This document shows positions 45,204 to 54,062 of a stretch of DNA of 61,254 nt, piece by piece (the stretch's first letter is position 1; the number at the start of each line of letters is the position of its first letter). The DNA comes from an uncultured virus (IMG/VR IMGVR_UViG_3300025287_000001). Taxonomy: Duplodnaviria; Heunggongvirae; Uroviricota; Caudoviricetes. Where the stretch lies: the IMG/VR virus record IMGVR_UViG_3300025287_000001. The stretch is one strand, 5' to 3'. Made by a program: the position numbers and the translations under genes. The notes beneath the pieces were generated by a model. It was not told where the DNA came from. It was given only the letters and a program-made list of their open reading frames with translations, and ran no database searches.

Positions 45204-47038
45204 TCCTCTAGCTTCTCCTTCATCTTCTTGAGTGATTCTATTTCCTCAAAAATACCGTTTGAAATGTTATCCATACCAAAATCAAACGTTACCCCGCCTG
45301 CCTTGCCCTTATACGACCTGTTTCTCGCGCCCATGTTCCTCTTATCACCACCTCTGAATCTAGCAGGCCGATATAGTTTTCCTTTAGATTTCTCTGTAGT
45401 CGTAAACTGCTTCGATCTTCGACCAGGGGCGGTAAGGAGTATGTCCTCTTCTTCAGATCCTCCCTCAGAGTCCATATCGGGCTCAGGACCGCCCTCAAGC
45501 TCCGCCTCAAGCTCGTCTTCGGGTATTTCGTCCATGGCTCCCAGTTCGCTCCCGTCGCCTTCCATGGTGCCGTCTGTGGCCGCTGCTTCTAGCTGTGCGT
45601 CTATCTTGGCATCTCTTATCCTCTGCCTCTCTTCTCTGATAATCTCCTCAGAAGACATCTTGAAGATGTTCGTATAGGCCCAGTGCCTAGAGAACAACGT
45701 CTCCGAAGCGTTGGATGCAGCATCTATCTTCGTTCTCATGTATTCTAAATCTTGAAGTTCTGAGATTCTGGATGGGTTGGCGAGACTTAGCTTGAAGTTA
45801 ATAAGGTCTTTGCCTCTAAATCCTAACGTGTATAAATGAATACGCCCAATCTTCTCCAGTTCTGTGATAATTGATTTTTGTATTCTCTGAATCGTTCTTG
45901 CAAACCTGATATCTTTTTGGACAAGAGCGCCTTTTTCATCATTCCCGCCTTCATCAGTAGGCAACAAGTAAGACTGTGGGATCTTTAGAGACGCCACAAG
46001 CTTGTTTCTCATATACTGAACATCCTCAATATCACTTGTGTTTTGCCCTCCTGATAGTGTCTCAATTCGCGTGCCTGATTTTGAGCCCCTAACCGGGATA
46101 ATGAAATCATCTTCTGCTGCGAATGGATTATAGCGAAGATCAACTTGATCTGTATCTTGATTAATGATCTCGTTTCTCTTCATCTCATTCTTTATCTTCT
46201 CCATCTGCTGATCAACAGCCTCTTCGGGGATACCAACAACATCAACGTAGAAGACTCTTCTCTCTGGAGAGCGGACAACTCGGTAAGTCATCATCGCGTC
46301 TTCCACGAGAATAAGCTGCCTCCATGTTCTTCTGGCTCCATCCAAGACAGATGTTCCATATGGGGCATACTTGCTATTCCCGAGGATTCTAAAGTGAGCT
46401 ATCTGCCAACTCTCGAAGGTCAAGCCTCCTCTGTTCCACTGGAATTGAATATAATTCGTATTATCTTCGTCCTCTCCCTCAAGCCTTTCGACCTCTTCGC
46501 AAGGAAGCCCGATAACTTTTGTAACCCCATACTTGTCATCTATATCGAGGTATAGGAAAAAGTCCCCTTTTGCACAAGTAGACCTCACCCAGCTATACAA
46601 ATTATGATTAACGCCAAGTACATCATAGTACAAGGCGTTAAGTGTGTGGGTTATTTGCTCGTTTGGGCTATCAATCTCTAGCATCTTCTGTAGAGTATTA
46701 TGAGATGTAATTTCGTCTGCATAAATATCAAGAGCAGTTGAGCACTCGACCGTAAACTCCATTTGATCGAAATCAATATATCTATCCAGTCTGCTTTGGT
46801 TAAGCATATAATCTGAATAAAGTGCGTCAAATGGAGACTTCTGCCCTCTTTTATAAGGTTGCCCTGTAGCTGACTTGAAATCAGGGGCAAACTTATCGAC
46901 ATCCTGAGGATTTACAAACTTGGTCGGCCTTTGTGCTTGGTAGTTGTTTATAGGGCCAGAAAAAAGCCTAGTTAGCTTCCTATAGAGCGGAGAATTTTCA
47001 TTCCTCAGGTTAACATTTTGTCGTCTTCTTCTACTCAT
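45200..47038 (-). CDS. Portal protein (T4 gp20-like)
   Basis: ALDIYADE, PYG.SVL, EDAM..YRV.R.PERRVFY.DV, EDDF.IP.RG and DIRFARTI.RIQ. Confidence 0.95.
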   Translation of the reverse strand: MSRRRRQNVNLRNENSPLYRKLTRLFSGPINNYQAQRPTKFVNPQDVDKFAPDFKSATGQPYKRGQKSPFDALYSDYMLNQSRLDRYIDFDQMEFTVECSTALDIYADEITSHNTLQKMLEIDSPNEQITHTLNALYYDVLGVNHNLYSWVRSTCAKGDFFLYLDIDDKYGVTKVIGLPCEEVERLEGEDEDNTNYIQFQWNRGGLTFESWQIAHFRILGNSKYAPYGTSVLDGARRTWRQLILVEDAMMTYRVVRSPERRVFYVDVVGIPEEAVDQQMEKIKNEMKRNEIINQDTDQVDLRYNPFAAEDDFIIPVRGSKSGTRIETLSGGQNTSDIEDVQYMRNKLVASLKIPQSYLLPTDEGGNDEKGALVQKDIRFARTIQRIQKSIITELEKIGRIHLYTLGFRGKDLINFKLSLANPSRISELQDLEYMRTKIDAASNASETLFSRHWAYTNIFKMSSEEIIREERQRIRDAKIDAQLEAAATDGTMEGDGSELGAMDEIPEDELEAELEGGPEPDMDSEGGSEEEDILLTAPGRRSKQFTTTEKSKGKLYRPARFRGGDKRNMGARNRSYKGKAGGVTFDFGMDNISNGIFEEIESLKKMKEKLEE

Positions 47039-47049
47039 TATACTATCTT

Positions 47050-48645
47050 TTAAAATCTCCAGATAAAGCTTTTGCTCTTCTTGACAGTTTTGCTACTGTT
47101 TCTCTGATCAGACCTTATTCTCTTTCTCGCAAAGTCATTATCTGTACTTATCTTTTTCTGTACTCTTGATATCCCTGATATCATTGCATTAGTAAAGCCT
47201 TCTGTCAATCCTATTTCACCATAAACCTTCTCTCGTGCCCAAAGTGCAATAGCTGAGGCCATGATAAGATCATCATCTTTACCTTTTTCTGCCTGAGGCT
47301 TCTCATTCTTCCATACGAATGTCTTTAACTCAACTATACTTCTCCTAGAGTTGATAGTAAACTGCCCACTATTTATCTTCCTCTCTAGGTTTGCTATAAT
47401 CAATGGTCTTGAAGCAGATGTAGTAGAAAATCCCCCAATTACGTTATCCATAATCTCTGCTTCGTAGTTCGTAACATATTCTCCGTTTTTCTTCTGAAAG
47501 TAAAGGTTCTTGTAATTATTTTTTTGCAGTATCTTGGAAACTTGGTATCCATATGTATTATATTCGGGAACCACCAGAGCATTATTATACATCTCTCCTA
47601 CATCTGCTAGTAAAACGGCGAACAATTCAGGCTCTATTTGTCCTTTATATTCTGCAACCTGCTCAAGGGTATCTACATCTATGACTTGTATCGTAGAACT
47701 ATCTTCTCCATCTCCCCTTGCTACATCTGCTCCTATGATATACTCCCTATCCGGCTCAGGGTCCTTCCAAACCCAAAGATCTTCATTCCCTATGAACTTA
47801 TCATATGGTTGTCTCTTGGCCCTACTGAGGAGCTTGTCGAGGAGAATACCTTCTATAACGGTATTACCAGACAAATTAAAGTCGCACTCGTACTCCTGAG
47901 CAATTGCTCTTTGAGACATATTCTTGGTCTCTCTAGCAAACCATTTCTTATCTCTATCGGGGTGCCTATCCCACTTAAGTGTCGTTAATTCAAAGTTGTT
48001 CAGGCCTGCTTCGGCATCCATACACTGATCATAAAACCAGCCACTTGCCCCGTTTGGAGTAGAGAGAACGATACACTTACCGCCAGTGGCAATAGTAGGC
48101 CCGAGGCCCATCCACAATTCTTCCAGGCCATTAATGAATGCAGCCTCATCAATAACGAATAAGGAAGCACCCTCAGAACGTCCTGAATCAGAAGAGGTTG
48201 TGATCGCTTTGACTGAAGAGTTGTTAGCAAGCTCTATTGATCTCTTGTTCTTGGTTTTGTAGTATTCCCTTGCGCCGCTTGGCTTAATTCTCATCCAGTC
48301 AGGAAGGCCATCAAGAATAAACTTAACCTTCTTTAGTACGTTTACAGCAGTATCTAACTTTGTAGCAACAATGAAAACATTTTTATCCGAATGAAAGTTA
48401 ACCATCCAGGCAATGTAGCCAGCCACAATTGTAGAGATACCCATCTGCCTAGCTTTTAAGATAAGATTTAACTGATTCTCTTCAAACTTATCGAGAAGTT
48501 CGTCTTGGAACTTGTAAGTCTTGAAGGGTATCCTACCTTTAATTGGGTGCGAAATCCTCGCATAATTATGAAGAAAGTGCCTCATGTTTGACTTACACTT
48601 AAGGACCTCCTTCTTTATTATTTCTAATCTCTTGCGTGTTACCAT
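47050..48645 (-). CDS. Terminase large subunit (T4 gp17-like)
   Basis: KARQMGIST Walker A, IDEAAF Walker B, STPNG, nuclease DVARGDG.D and DDL.MA. Confidence 0.96.
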   Translation of the reverse strand: MVTRKRLEIIKKEVLKCKSNMRHFLHNYARISHPIKGRIPFKTYKFQDELLDKFEENQLNLILKARQMGISTIVAGYIAWMVNFHSDKNVFIVATKLDTAVNVLKKVKFILDGLPDWMRIKPSGAREYYKTKNKRSIELANNSSVKAITTSSDSGRSEGASLFVIDEAAFINGLEELWMGLGPTIATGGKCIVLSTPNGASGWFYDQCMDAEAGLNNFELTTLKWDRHPDRDKKWFARETKNMSQRAIAQEYECDFNLSGNTVIEGILLDKLLSRAKRQPYDKFIGNEDLWVWKDPEPDREYIIGADVARGDGEDSSTIQVIDVDTLEQVAEYKGQIEPELFAVLLADVGEMYNNALVVPEYNTYGYQVSKILQKNNYKNLYFQKKNGEYVTNYEAEIMDNVIGGFSTTSASRPLIIANLERKINSGQFTINSRRSIVELKTFVWKNEKPQAEKGKDDDLIMASAIALWAREKVYGEIGLTEGFTNAMISGISRVQKKISTDNDFARKRIRSDQRNSSKTVKKSKSFIWRF

Positions 48646-48648
48646 ATT

Positions 48649-49107
48649 TTATCCCATTAAAGAATCTAGGAATTTTTGCTTATAAGATTTCCCCTCATTA
48701 AGGCTATCTTGTTTCGATAATTGCTTTACTTTGAACACGCAAACTGACCTAACTTGAACCCTGTAAGTGCTAATAGGCTCGATTACAGTATCAGGCCCTC
48801 CAATCATATTCATAGTTATGTTTTTGCCCGTCATCTCTTTGTACTGCTTCTTTAGTAAATCAGACATTGTGTAACACATTCGCGTGTAATCCTGAATAGT
48901 TTCATCATCAGAAAAGATTTCTCTCTTGATCTCTTCTCCATGGCAAACCATCTTCATGACATCTCCGCCAATTGTAATATTGCAAGTAGCATAGTTGCCC
49001 AGGGGCACTTCTAAGTTACACTCCTCGTGCCGTACCTTTTCCATTGCATTTCTTAGATCAGAAATAACCTGTTCTATGCTGTTGCTCTTGATATCAAGTG
49101 ATCTCAT
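48649..49107 (-). CDS. Hypothetical protein
   Basis: LKKQYKEMTGK motif; upstream of the terminase. Confidence 0.65.
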   Translation of the reverse strand: MRSLDIKSNSIEQVISDLRNAMEKVRHEECNLEVPLGNYATCNITIGGDVMKMVCHGEEIKREIFSDDETIQDYTRMCYTMSDLLKKQYKEMTGKNITMNMIGGPDTVIEPISTYRVQVRSVCVFKVKQLSKQDSLNEGKSYKQKFLDSLMG

Positions 49108-49109
49108 TT

Positions 49110-51443
49110 TTATATCTCCTGCCTTATCGTTGGTTGTTCAACTTCCTCTGGTTCTTCCTGGGAGTTGGCTTGTAGCTCGTTTATGATATCTACAATTTGG
49201 TTGTCTGTTATCCTCTCGAACTCGTCAGGGTCATAGTTTTCGATCTCCATAAACTCTAAAACTCTTTCGAGTACCATATCCTCTATATCATTTCTTAGGG
49301 ATGGATTATCGAGATTTCCGAATATTCCCTGAGCAGCCCCAGAATCAAGCTTCATAGCTTTAACTAGTAAGGAGGATATCCTTTCTTTAATCTTTGAAGT
49401 CTTGAACTTATCCCTGAGGCCCACAAGGGCCTCAGTTCGTGCTGCGTCTTCTCCTCCGGCAGCCAGTTCGGCAGTTGCGTTGAAGGCCTTCAGCGCGTCT
49501 ACTCTAGGCGTCTTTGATTGTTCTTGCGGCTCTATAGACTGCAAAATTTCAGACACTGATTTATCCGAGATATAGACCCTATTCTCTTCTTCTTCTTTCG
49601 GAGCAGCCGCTATCTTTTCTGATATCTGCGACGAAAGATCCTCTTTGACGCCTTCATCTTCCAGTATCTTCTTTAATGCAGAAGCAGGCGCATTTGCTGC
49701 GCTACCAATCCTAAAGGGTACTGCGTACTTATATAACTGTAGTATGTAAGAAAATCCGCAATCATCCCCTCCATAATCCATAATCCTTCTATCTATCTGA
49801 CTAGGGGAATACATGAATGGACTATCCGACATTGACATTGCCGACCTAAGGTTCGCAATGATAGACCTTATCTCGAAATATGGAAGATTTGTGTTATTTC
49901 TATCTTCCGAGTAGAGATAAAGTATCTCTCTCAGGTAAATTCTGTTAATTCTTTTAGCATATGAAATTGCCTTCTGATATAACCTAGGGTTTTCATCCGC
50001 AATTGACATCAAGCTCTGAAAATCTTCTATGCTTCGTACATCATCATATCTTTCATCATTAACTATCTCAAGAACCTGAGAGATTGCCTGAACTCTTTGA
50101 TCATTCAGAGACACCGGGAGGACATCTTCCGAAGACTGCTCTTCCTGCTCTCGAAGCGGGCTTGTTATGTTCGCTCCGTTAACTCCTGTCTTCTTTGAGA
50201 TAATGGTAGTTATCTTATTATAATCACAAACAGAACTACCATTATCAATCGCAGATAATCTTTGGGCGTTTCTTCTAGGGTTTTCATCATCAGGCTCGGG
50301 AGCCATAGGGAGACCTATGCCATCAGACCTTTCCATGGCTTCCGGGGGTACTGCCCCCATTGTCTTGCCGCCATCCTCCCCGGAAGCCATACCTACAGGT
50401 GCAAATCCTACCTTACTCTTGCTCATGGTCTTCTTTGAACCTTTAGGTTTAAAGCCTCCGGTAAAAATATCTTCTCTGTAGATGTCTATTGGTTGTTCTT
50501 TGGGGTCAATTCCCTGCTTTATAGCCTCTACTGCTTGCTTGAAAGAATCAGCAACCTCATCACCATCATACTCTCTGATTCTAGTTTCTATTTTATCAAA
50601 GATATTTTGAATGATGATATTCTTTCTTTCGAGGTCCTTTACGTTCTTCTCCAAGAATGAAGACAACTTTTCGAACTGCTCCTTAAATCCAGGCCTATCT
50701 GTGAAATAAGAAGAAGCAATTTTCTCTCCTATCTTATCGCCTATAAAAGCTGCTCCATATTCGAGTATATCGCTCTTCTTGGACTTCAAGGCAGCAATCA
50801 TCTCTACCTTATTGCCCCTTAGCGAATCGTCCATACTTCTGACCAACTCCATCATTCTTCCGTTGATGTCGTCCCTAAAGGATTCGCTGGCTGAATAGAG
50901 ATCTTCTACTGTAAGGTTCTGAGATTTATCCATCGAGGCGAGCAAGTTTCTCGCGTACTTTACCACTATTCTTAGCATAGCAGCAGTAGGCGTAGCGGGA
51001 TTACGCTCTCTCTCTAGCTCCTCATTAAGGCTTATAGATACACATTCTGCCAGTGCCTCTATATCCTCAGCAGACATAGCCTTGTCTTTAATTCTCTTCA
51101 GGAACAAGACTCTTTTTGTTATCTTATCCTGATCAGGGTTCTCCATCCTAGAAAGCCTATCAATATCTTTCTTCGCCCTCTCTATCTTGTCCTCAAACTT
51201 GGCGCGAAGCTCAGAAGCCCTTCTCCTCAGTTCTTTCTTCTGTTCATAAGACAACTCTTCATCAGTAAGAGACTCTAGAGAAGCGAGAGTTATATCATCA
51301 TCTTCAAAATTAACACTGTTAAGGCCCAGAGTCTCATCTTCAGACTCTTCCATGTGCTTTAGTGCTTTTCCGATAGAGTTGTAGATCTTATCATCGTAAT
51401 CTATATCAGAATTTCTAGGATATTTTTCATCTATATCATTCAT
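49110..51443 (-). CDS. Large hypothetical protein (possible internal head protein)
   Basis: 777 aa, acidic and helical, with SLNEE and PLREQEE motifs. Confidence 0.6.
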   Translation of the reverse strand: MNDIDEKYPRNSDIDYDDKIYNSIGKALKHMEESEDETLGLNSVNFEDDDITLASLESLTDEELSYEQKKELRRRASELRAKFEDKIERAKKDIDRLSRMENPDQDKITKRVLFLKRIKDKAMSAEDIEALAECVSISLNEELERERNPATPTAAMLRIVVKYARNLLASMDKSQNLTVEDLYSASESFRDDINGRMMELVRSMDDSLRGNKVEMIAALKSKKSDILEYGAAFIGDKIGEKIASSYFTDRPGFKEQFEKLSSFLEKNVKDLERKNIIIQNIFDKIETRIREYDGDEVADSFKQAVEAIKQGIDPKEQPIDIYREDIFTGGFKPKGSKKTMSKSKVGFAPVGMASGEDGGKTMGAVPPEAMERSDGIGLPMAPEPDDENPRRNAQRLSAIDNGSSVCDYNKITTIISKKTGVNGANITSPLREQEEQSSEDVLPVSLNDQRVQAISQVLEIVNDERYDDVRSIEDFQSLMSIADENPRLYQKAISYAKRINRIYLREILYLYSEDRNNTNLPYFEIRSIIANLRSAMSMSDSPFMYSPSQIDRRIMDYGGDDCGFSYILQLYKYAVPFRIGSAANAPASALKKILEDEGVKEDLSSQISEKIAAAPKEEEENRVYISDKSVSEILQSIEPQEQSKTPRVDALKAFNATAELAAGGEDAARTEALVGLRDKFKTSKIKERISSLLVKAMKLDSGAAQGIFGNLDNPSLRNDIEDMVLERVLEFMEIENYDPDEFERITDNQIVDIINELQANSQEEPEEVEQPTIRQEI

Positions 51444-51768
51444 TTAAAACTTTCCCAGGCCTCCAGCCGTCTATCCAGCGCTTCTCTCTTTCATCAATAT
51501 ATTGGTAAAAACACTTCTCACATGCGCCAAACCTTATATAGTGCTTCATGTGCCTACCGAAGATGTATCTCCCGCAAACACAACAGTTCTTTTGCTTAGA
51601 TGTCTTTTTCTCTTTGCGCTCGATCGAATTAGGATTACTAGACAGGTATTCTTTTATCTCTTGACTTGTCTTCCCGTCAGCAAAGTATTTTCTAGCAACT
51701 TCTTTACCATAAGCCTTTGTCAGTTGTTTTTCTATAAGAAACTTTCTATCAGGGTTGTTGTTCTTCAT
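51436..51768 (-). CDS. Small zinc-finger protein
   Basis: CCVC...CEKC followed by REKRW..GWRP. Confidence 0.65.
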   Translation of the reverse strand: MKNNNPDRKFLIEKQLTKAYGKEVARKYFADGKTSQEIKEYLSSNPNSIERKEKKTSKQKNCCVCGRYIFGRHMKHYIRFGACEKCFYQYIDEREKRWIDGWRPGKVLNE

Positions 51769-51865
51769 CCTCGACTTCTTCCTTCTTCTTTTCTTTCTCG
51801 TTCTCTTTTATCGTCTTGATTAATCTAGCCATAAAAGCTTTAAAGGTGTCTCTAGAATCCCTCAT
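51749..51865 (-). CDS. 38-aa hypothetical protein (not in ORF track)
   Basis: Translated by hand: MRDSRDTFKAFMARLIKTIKENEKEKKKEEVEDEEQQP*. GAGG lies upstream and the ORF fills the gap. Confidence 0.45.
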   Translation of the reverse strand: MRDSRDTFKAFMARLIKTIKENEKEKKKEEVEDEEQQP

Positions 51866-51867
51866 CC

Positions 51868-52359
51868 TTACCTTGCCTCGCTATTAGAATTTATTGACTT
51901 CCCGCTCAAGTGAAAAATCACCAGTGAAGTTACAGAACCAGCAACAAAACCAAGGAATAGTCCTATCATAACTCTATTATGATTTTTCATATTCTCCTTT
52001 CTCTCTTCTGCTAGTTGTGCCCTAACTATACTGAGGCTCTGATCTCTTAGTTCAAGCCTCTCCTTGTATGTATCTTCGTGAAGTTTAAGTCGAAGTTCAT
52101 GGAAGTCATCTTTTGTCCTCAGTTTTAATTTGTATGACTCTTCGTCTATCAGTTTCTCCTTATTCAATATCTCATATTGAACCTGAATACTGGCCATCGC
52201 CTCCGGGGTCAAGAAGTATCCATTAGCCGGTGCTGGCTCTCCCTCCTCTATGTAGGCAACATCAAATTTGAAGGACTCTGGCGGCTTCTTGGCGTAGGTC
52301 GGTACAGAAATGGCGATGGTAAACAAGAATATTATAGTCTTAATAAACAATTTCTTCAT
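51868..52359 (-). CDS. Secreted coiled-coil protein with C-terminal TM (spanin-like candidate)
   Basis: Signal peptide MKKLF...TYA, then a coiled coil and a C-terminal hydrophobic helix. Confidence 0.55.
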   Translation of the reverse strand: MKKLFIKTIIFLFTIAISVPTYAKKPPESFKFDVAYIEEGEPAPANGYFLTPEAMASIQVQYEILNKEKLIDEESYKLKLRTKDDFHELRLKLHEDTYKERLELRDQSLSIVRAQLAEERKENMKNHNRVMIGLFLGFVAGSVTSLVIFHLSGKSINSNSEAR

Positions 52360-52772
52360 TTATGCCTCAACTTGAAGGTCTCGGAAAATTGCTTGAGGAA
52401 CTCATCAGGATCTCTTTTGGCCTTCTCTATTCTCTTTTCGAGTATCTTCTTGGCGTTCTCCCTAACCTCTTCTTTCTTACCTTCTGTATTCTTGTCTATA
52501 TCTCTGAGGACTTGATCCTCTATCTTTCTCATTTTAGCTTCTTTCTTGACCATATCCTCTATGGTTTTTACTTCTTCATCTCGAAGCTTATCTTTCTTTA
52601 CGGTGTCTTCTATCTTCCTATCCAAAAATTTAGAGTTCGACTTCCCGATAAGAAACAACACTATCGCTATAAGCAATATGACAAAGAAGTTTCCTATAAA
52701 AATAGCATACCTCTTGTTCTTCAGGAGAAAAAGCCTAATCTTTTCAAGTGTTAAGTTTGTATCTCTATCCAT
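52356..52772 (-). CDS. Type II membrane coiled-coil protein (i-spanin-like candidate)
   Basis: Single N-terminal TM followed by a long charged helix. Confidence 0.55.
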   Translation of the reverse strand: MDRDTNLTLEKIRLFLLKNKRYAIFIGNFFVILLIAIVLFLIGKSNSKFLDRKIEDTVKKDKLRDEEVKTIEDMVKKEAKMRKIEDQVLRDIDKNTEGKKEEVRENAKKILEKRIEKAKRDPDEFLKQFSETFKLRHK

Positions 52773-52782
52773 TTTGTTATCC

Positions 52783-53805
52783 TCACTCCAAAAACGCAAA
52801 GAAAGAATTTGGGTCTTCTATCCTTATGTTGTTGTCCAGCCACTCTCTTGCCTCTTCCTCGGTATCGAACATCTTGTCAAGTGCAGGACATACCTCCAGA
52901 ATAGGGCTATCATAGAATATAAAATAATAGACAGCAGCGAGGGACATTTCAAAGTTCTCTTCTATATCGAAAATACTTTCCACGCCAACACCGAACTCTT
53001 TCTCCACTCCAAGTTTCTTTATTATGTTCACAATAGACTTTTCTCTCAGTCTATCATCAAACTTGGGAGGGGATGTGCAGAACTCTTCTATTTTGGTGCC
53101 CAGGAAACTAGAAGGAGTCACTCGATATGAGTATCCCCCTCTCGCGAAGCCACTGATGAGGCTACACATTCTCTTGTAGATCTTCTTTCTCTCTTCATCA
53201 TCAGGAGTAAAAATTTGCTGCACCAAGCCATAATAGTATTGAAAAGCCTTCTCATAGCTTTCGTAGTTTTCTTGTAGCAAGGCAGAATAAAGATCTTCAT
53301 CAACATTAACATTAGAGAAAACCCAATCATCAAACTCTTGTTGATCATCGAAGGCAGTCTTCAGATACCTGCTCTGCTCATAGAAGTTACTGTCCTCCAT
53401 TGAGAGAAGATAGTAATTATAGATTAGCTTTTCCACCCGAGAAAGTATCTTGGTATATTCTTCTTTGTTGTATAATTCCTGCAAATTCATCTCTTTCGCC
53501 ATGCCGAGATTATCTAACGCAAATATCATACCCTGAAAAAACTTCTTCTCGTACTTTGTGCCTATAATACTGCTATAGTACATCTTTGTAGCCTTGTACC
53601 ACTTATAAGCAGGCGATAGTGGTGCACTTATCCTGTCAAGGCGCTCTCCCTTGGATTTCTTGGAGGCTATTAGCCTGGAGAGGGCCAGCAGGGCTCTTTG
53701 AAACCCCTCGTCGCTTTGATCTAGCAGGTGAGAGAATATGGCTTCAAATGCTTTTCCATATTCACCACTCTTTTCAGACTTGTTGTATAGATCTTCGTAA
53801 TCCAT
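52783..53805 (-). CDS. Hypothetical protein
   Basis: 340-aa Tyr/Phe-rich helical ORF. Confidence 0.65.
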   Translation of the reverse strand: MDYEDLYNKSEKSGEYGKAFEAIFSHLLDQSDEGFQRALLALSRLIASKKSKGERLDRISAPLSPAYKWYKATKMYYSSIIGTKYEKKFFQGMIFALDNLGMAKEMNLQELYNKEEYTKILSRVEKLIYNYYLLSMEDSNFYEQSRYLKTAFDDQQEFDDWVFSNVNVDEDLYSALLQENYESYEKAFQYYYGLVQQIFTPDDEERKKIYKRMCSLISGFARGGYSYRVTPSSFLGTKIEEFCTSPPKFDDRLREKSIVNIIKKLGVEKEFGVGVESIFDIEENFEMSLAAVYYFIFYDSPILEVCPALDKMFDTEEEAREWLDNNIRIEDPNSFFAFLE

Positions 53806-53808
53806 GCC

Positions 53809-54042
53809 TTACTCCTTCGGAGATTTATTGTTCCTGAGAGCTATTATGAAATCTCTAGCGCCCTCTGTGCCGATGTACATAATAGCTATATTAGTCCAAT
53901 TCTCTGAACTAATCAAGACTATCTCTGGATTTATAAGTCCAGCAAAGAATGCAATTGTTGCTACCACAAACACGAGAAGCTTCCTACTCAATAATTTGTG
54001 TAGGAAGCTGTCTACTTTAGCAGGTTGTTGTTGTTCGTTCAA
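53809..54042 (-). CDS. Putative holin
   Basis: 77 aa with two TM segments, LLSRKLLVFVVAT...W..IA.MYIG.EG and a charged C-terminus. Confidence 0.55.
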   Translation of the reverse strand: MNEQQQPAKVDSFLHKLLSRKLLVFVVATIAFFAGLINPEIVLISSENWTNIAIMYIGTEGARDFIIALRNNKSPKE

Positions 54043-54062
54043 ATGTTGTCTCCGTTAATGTT

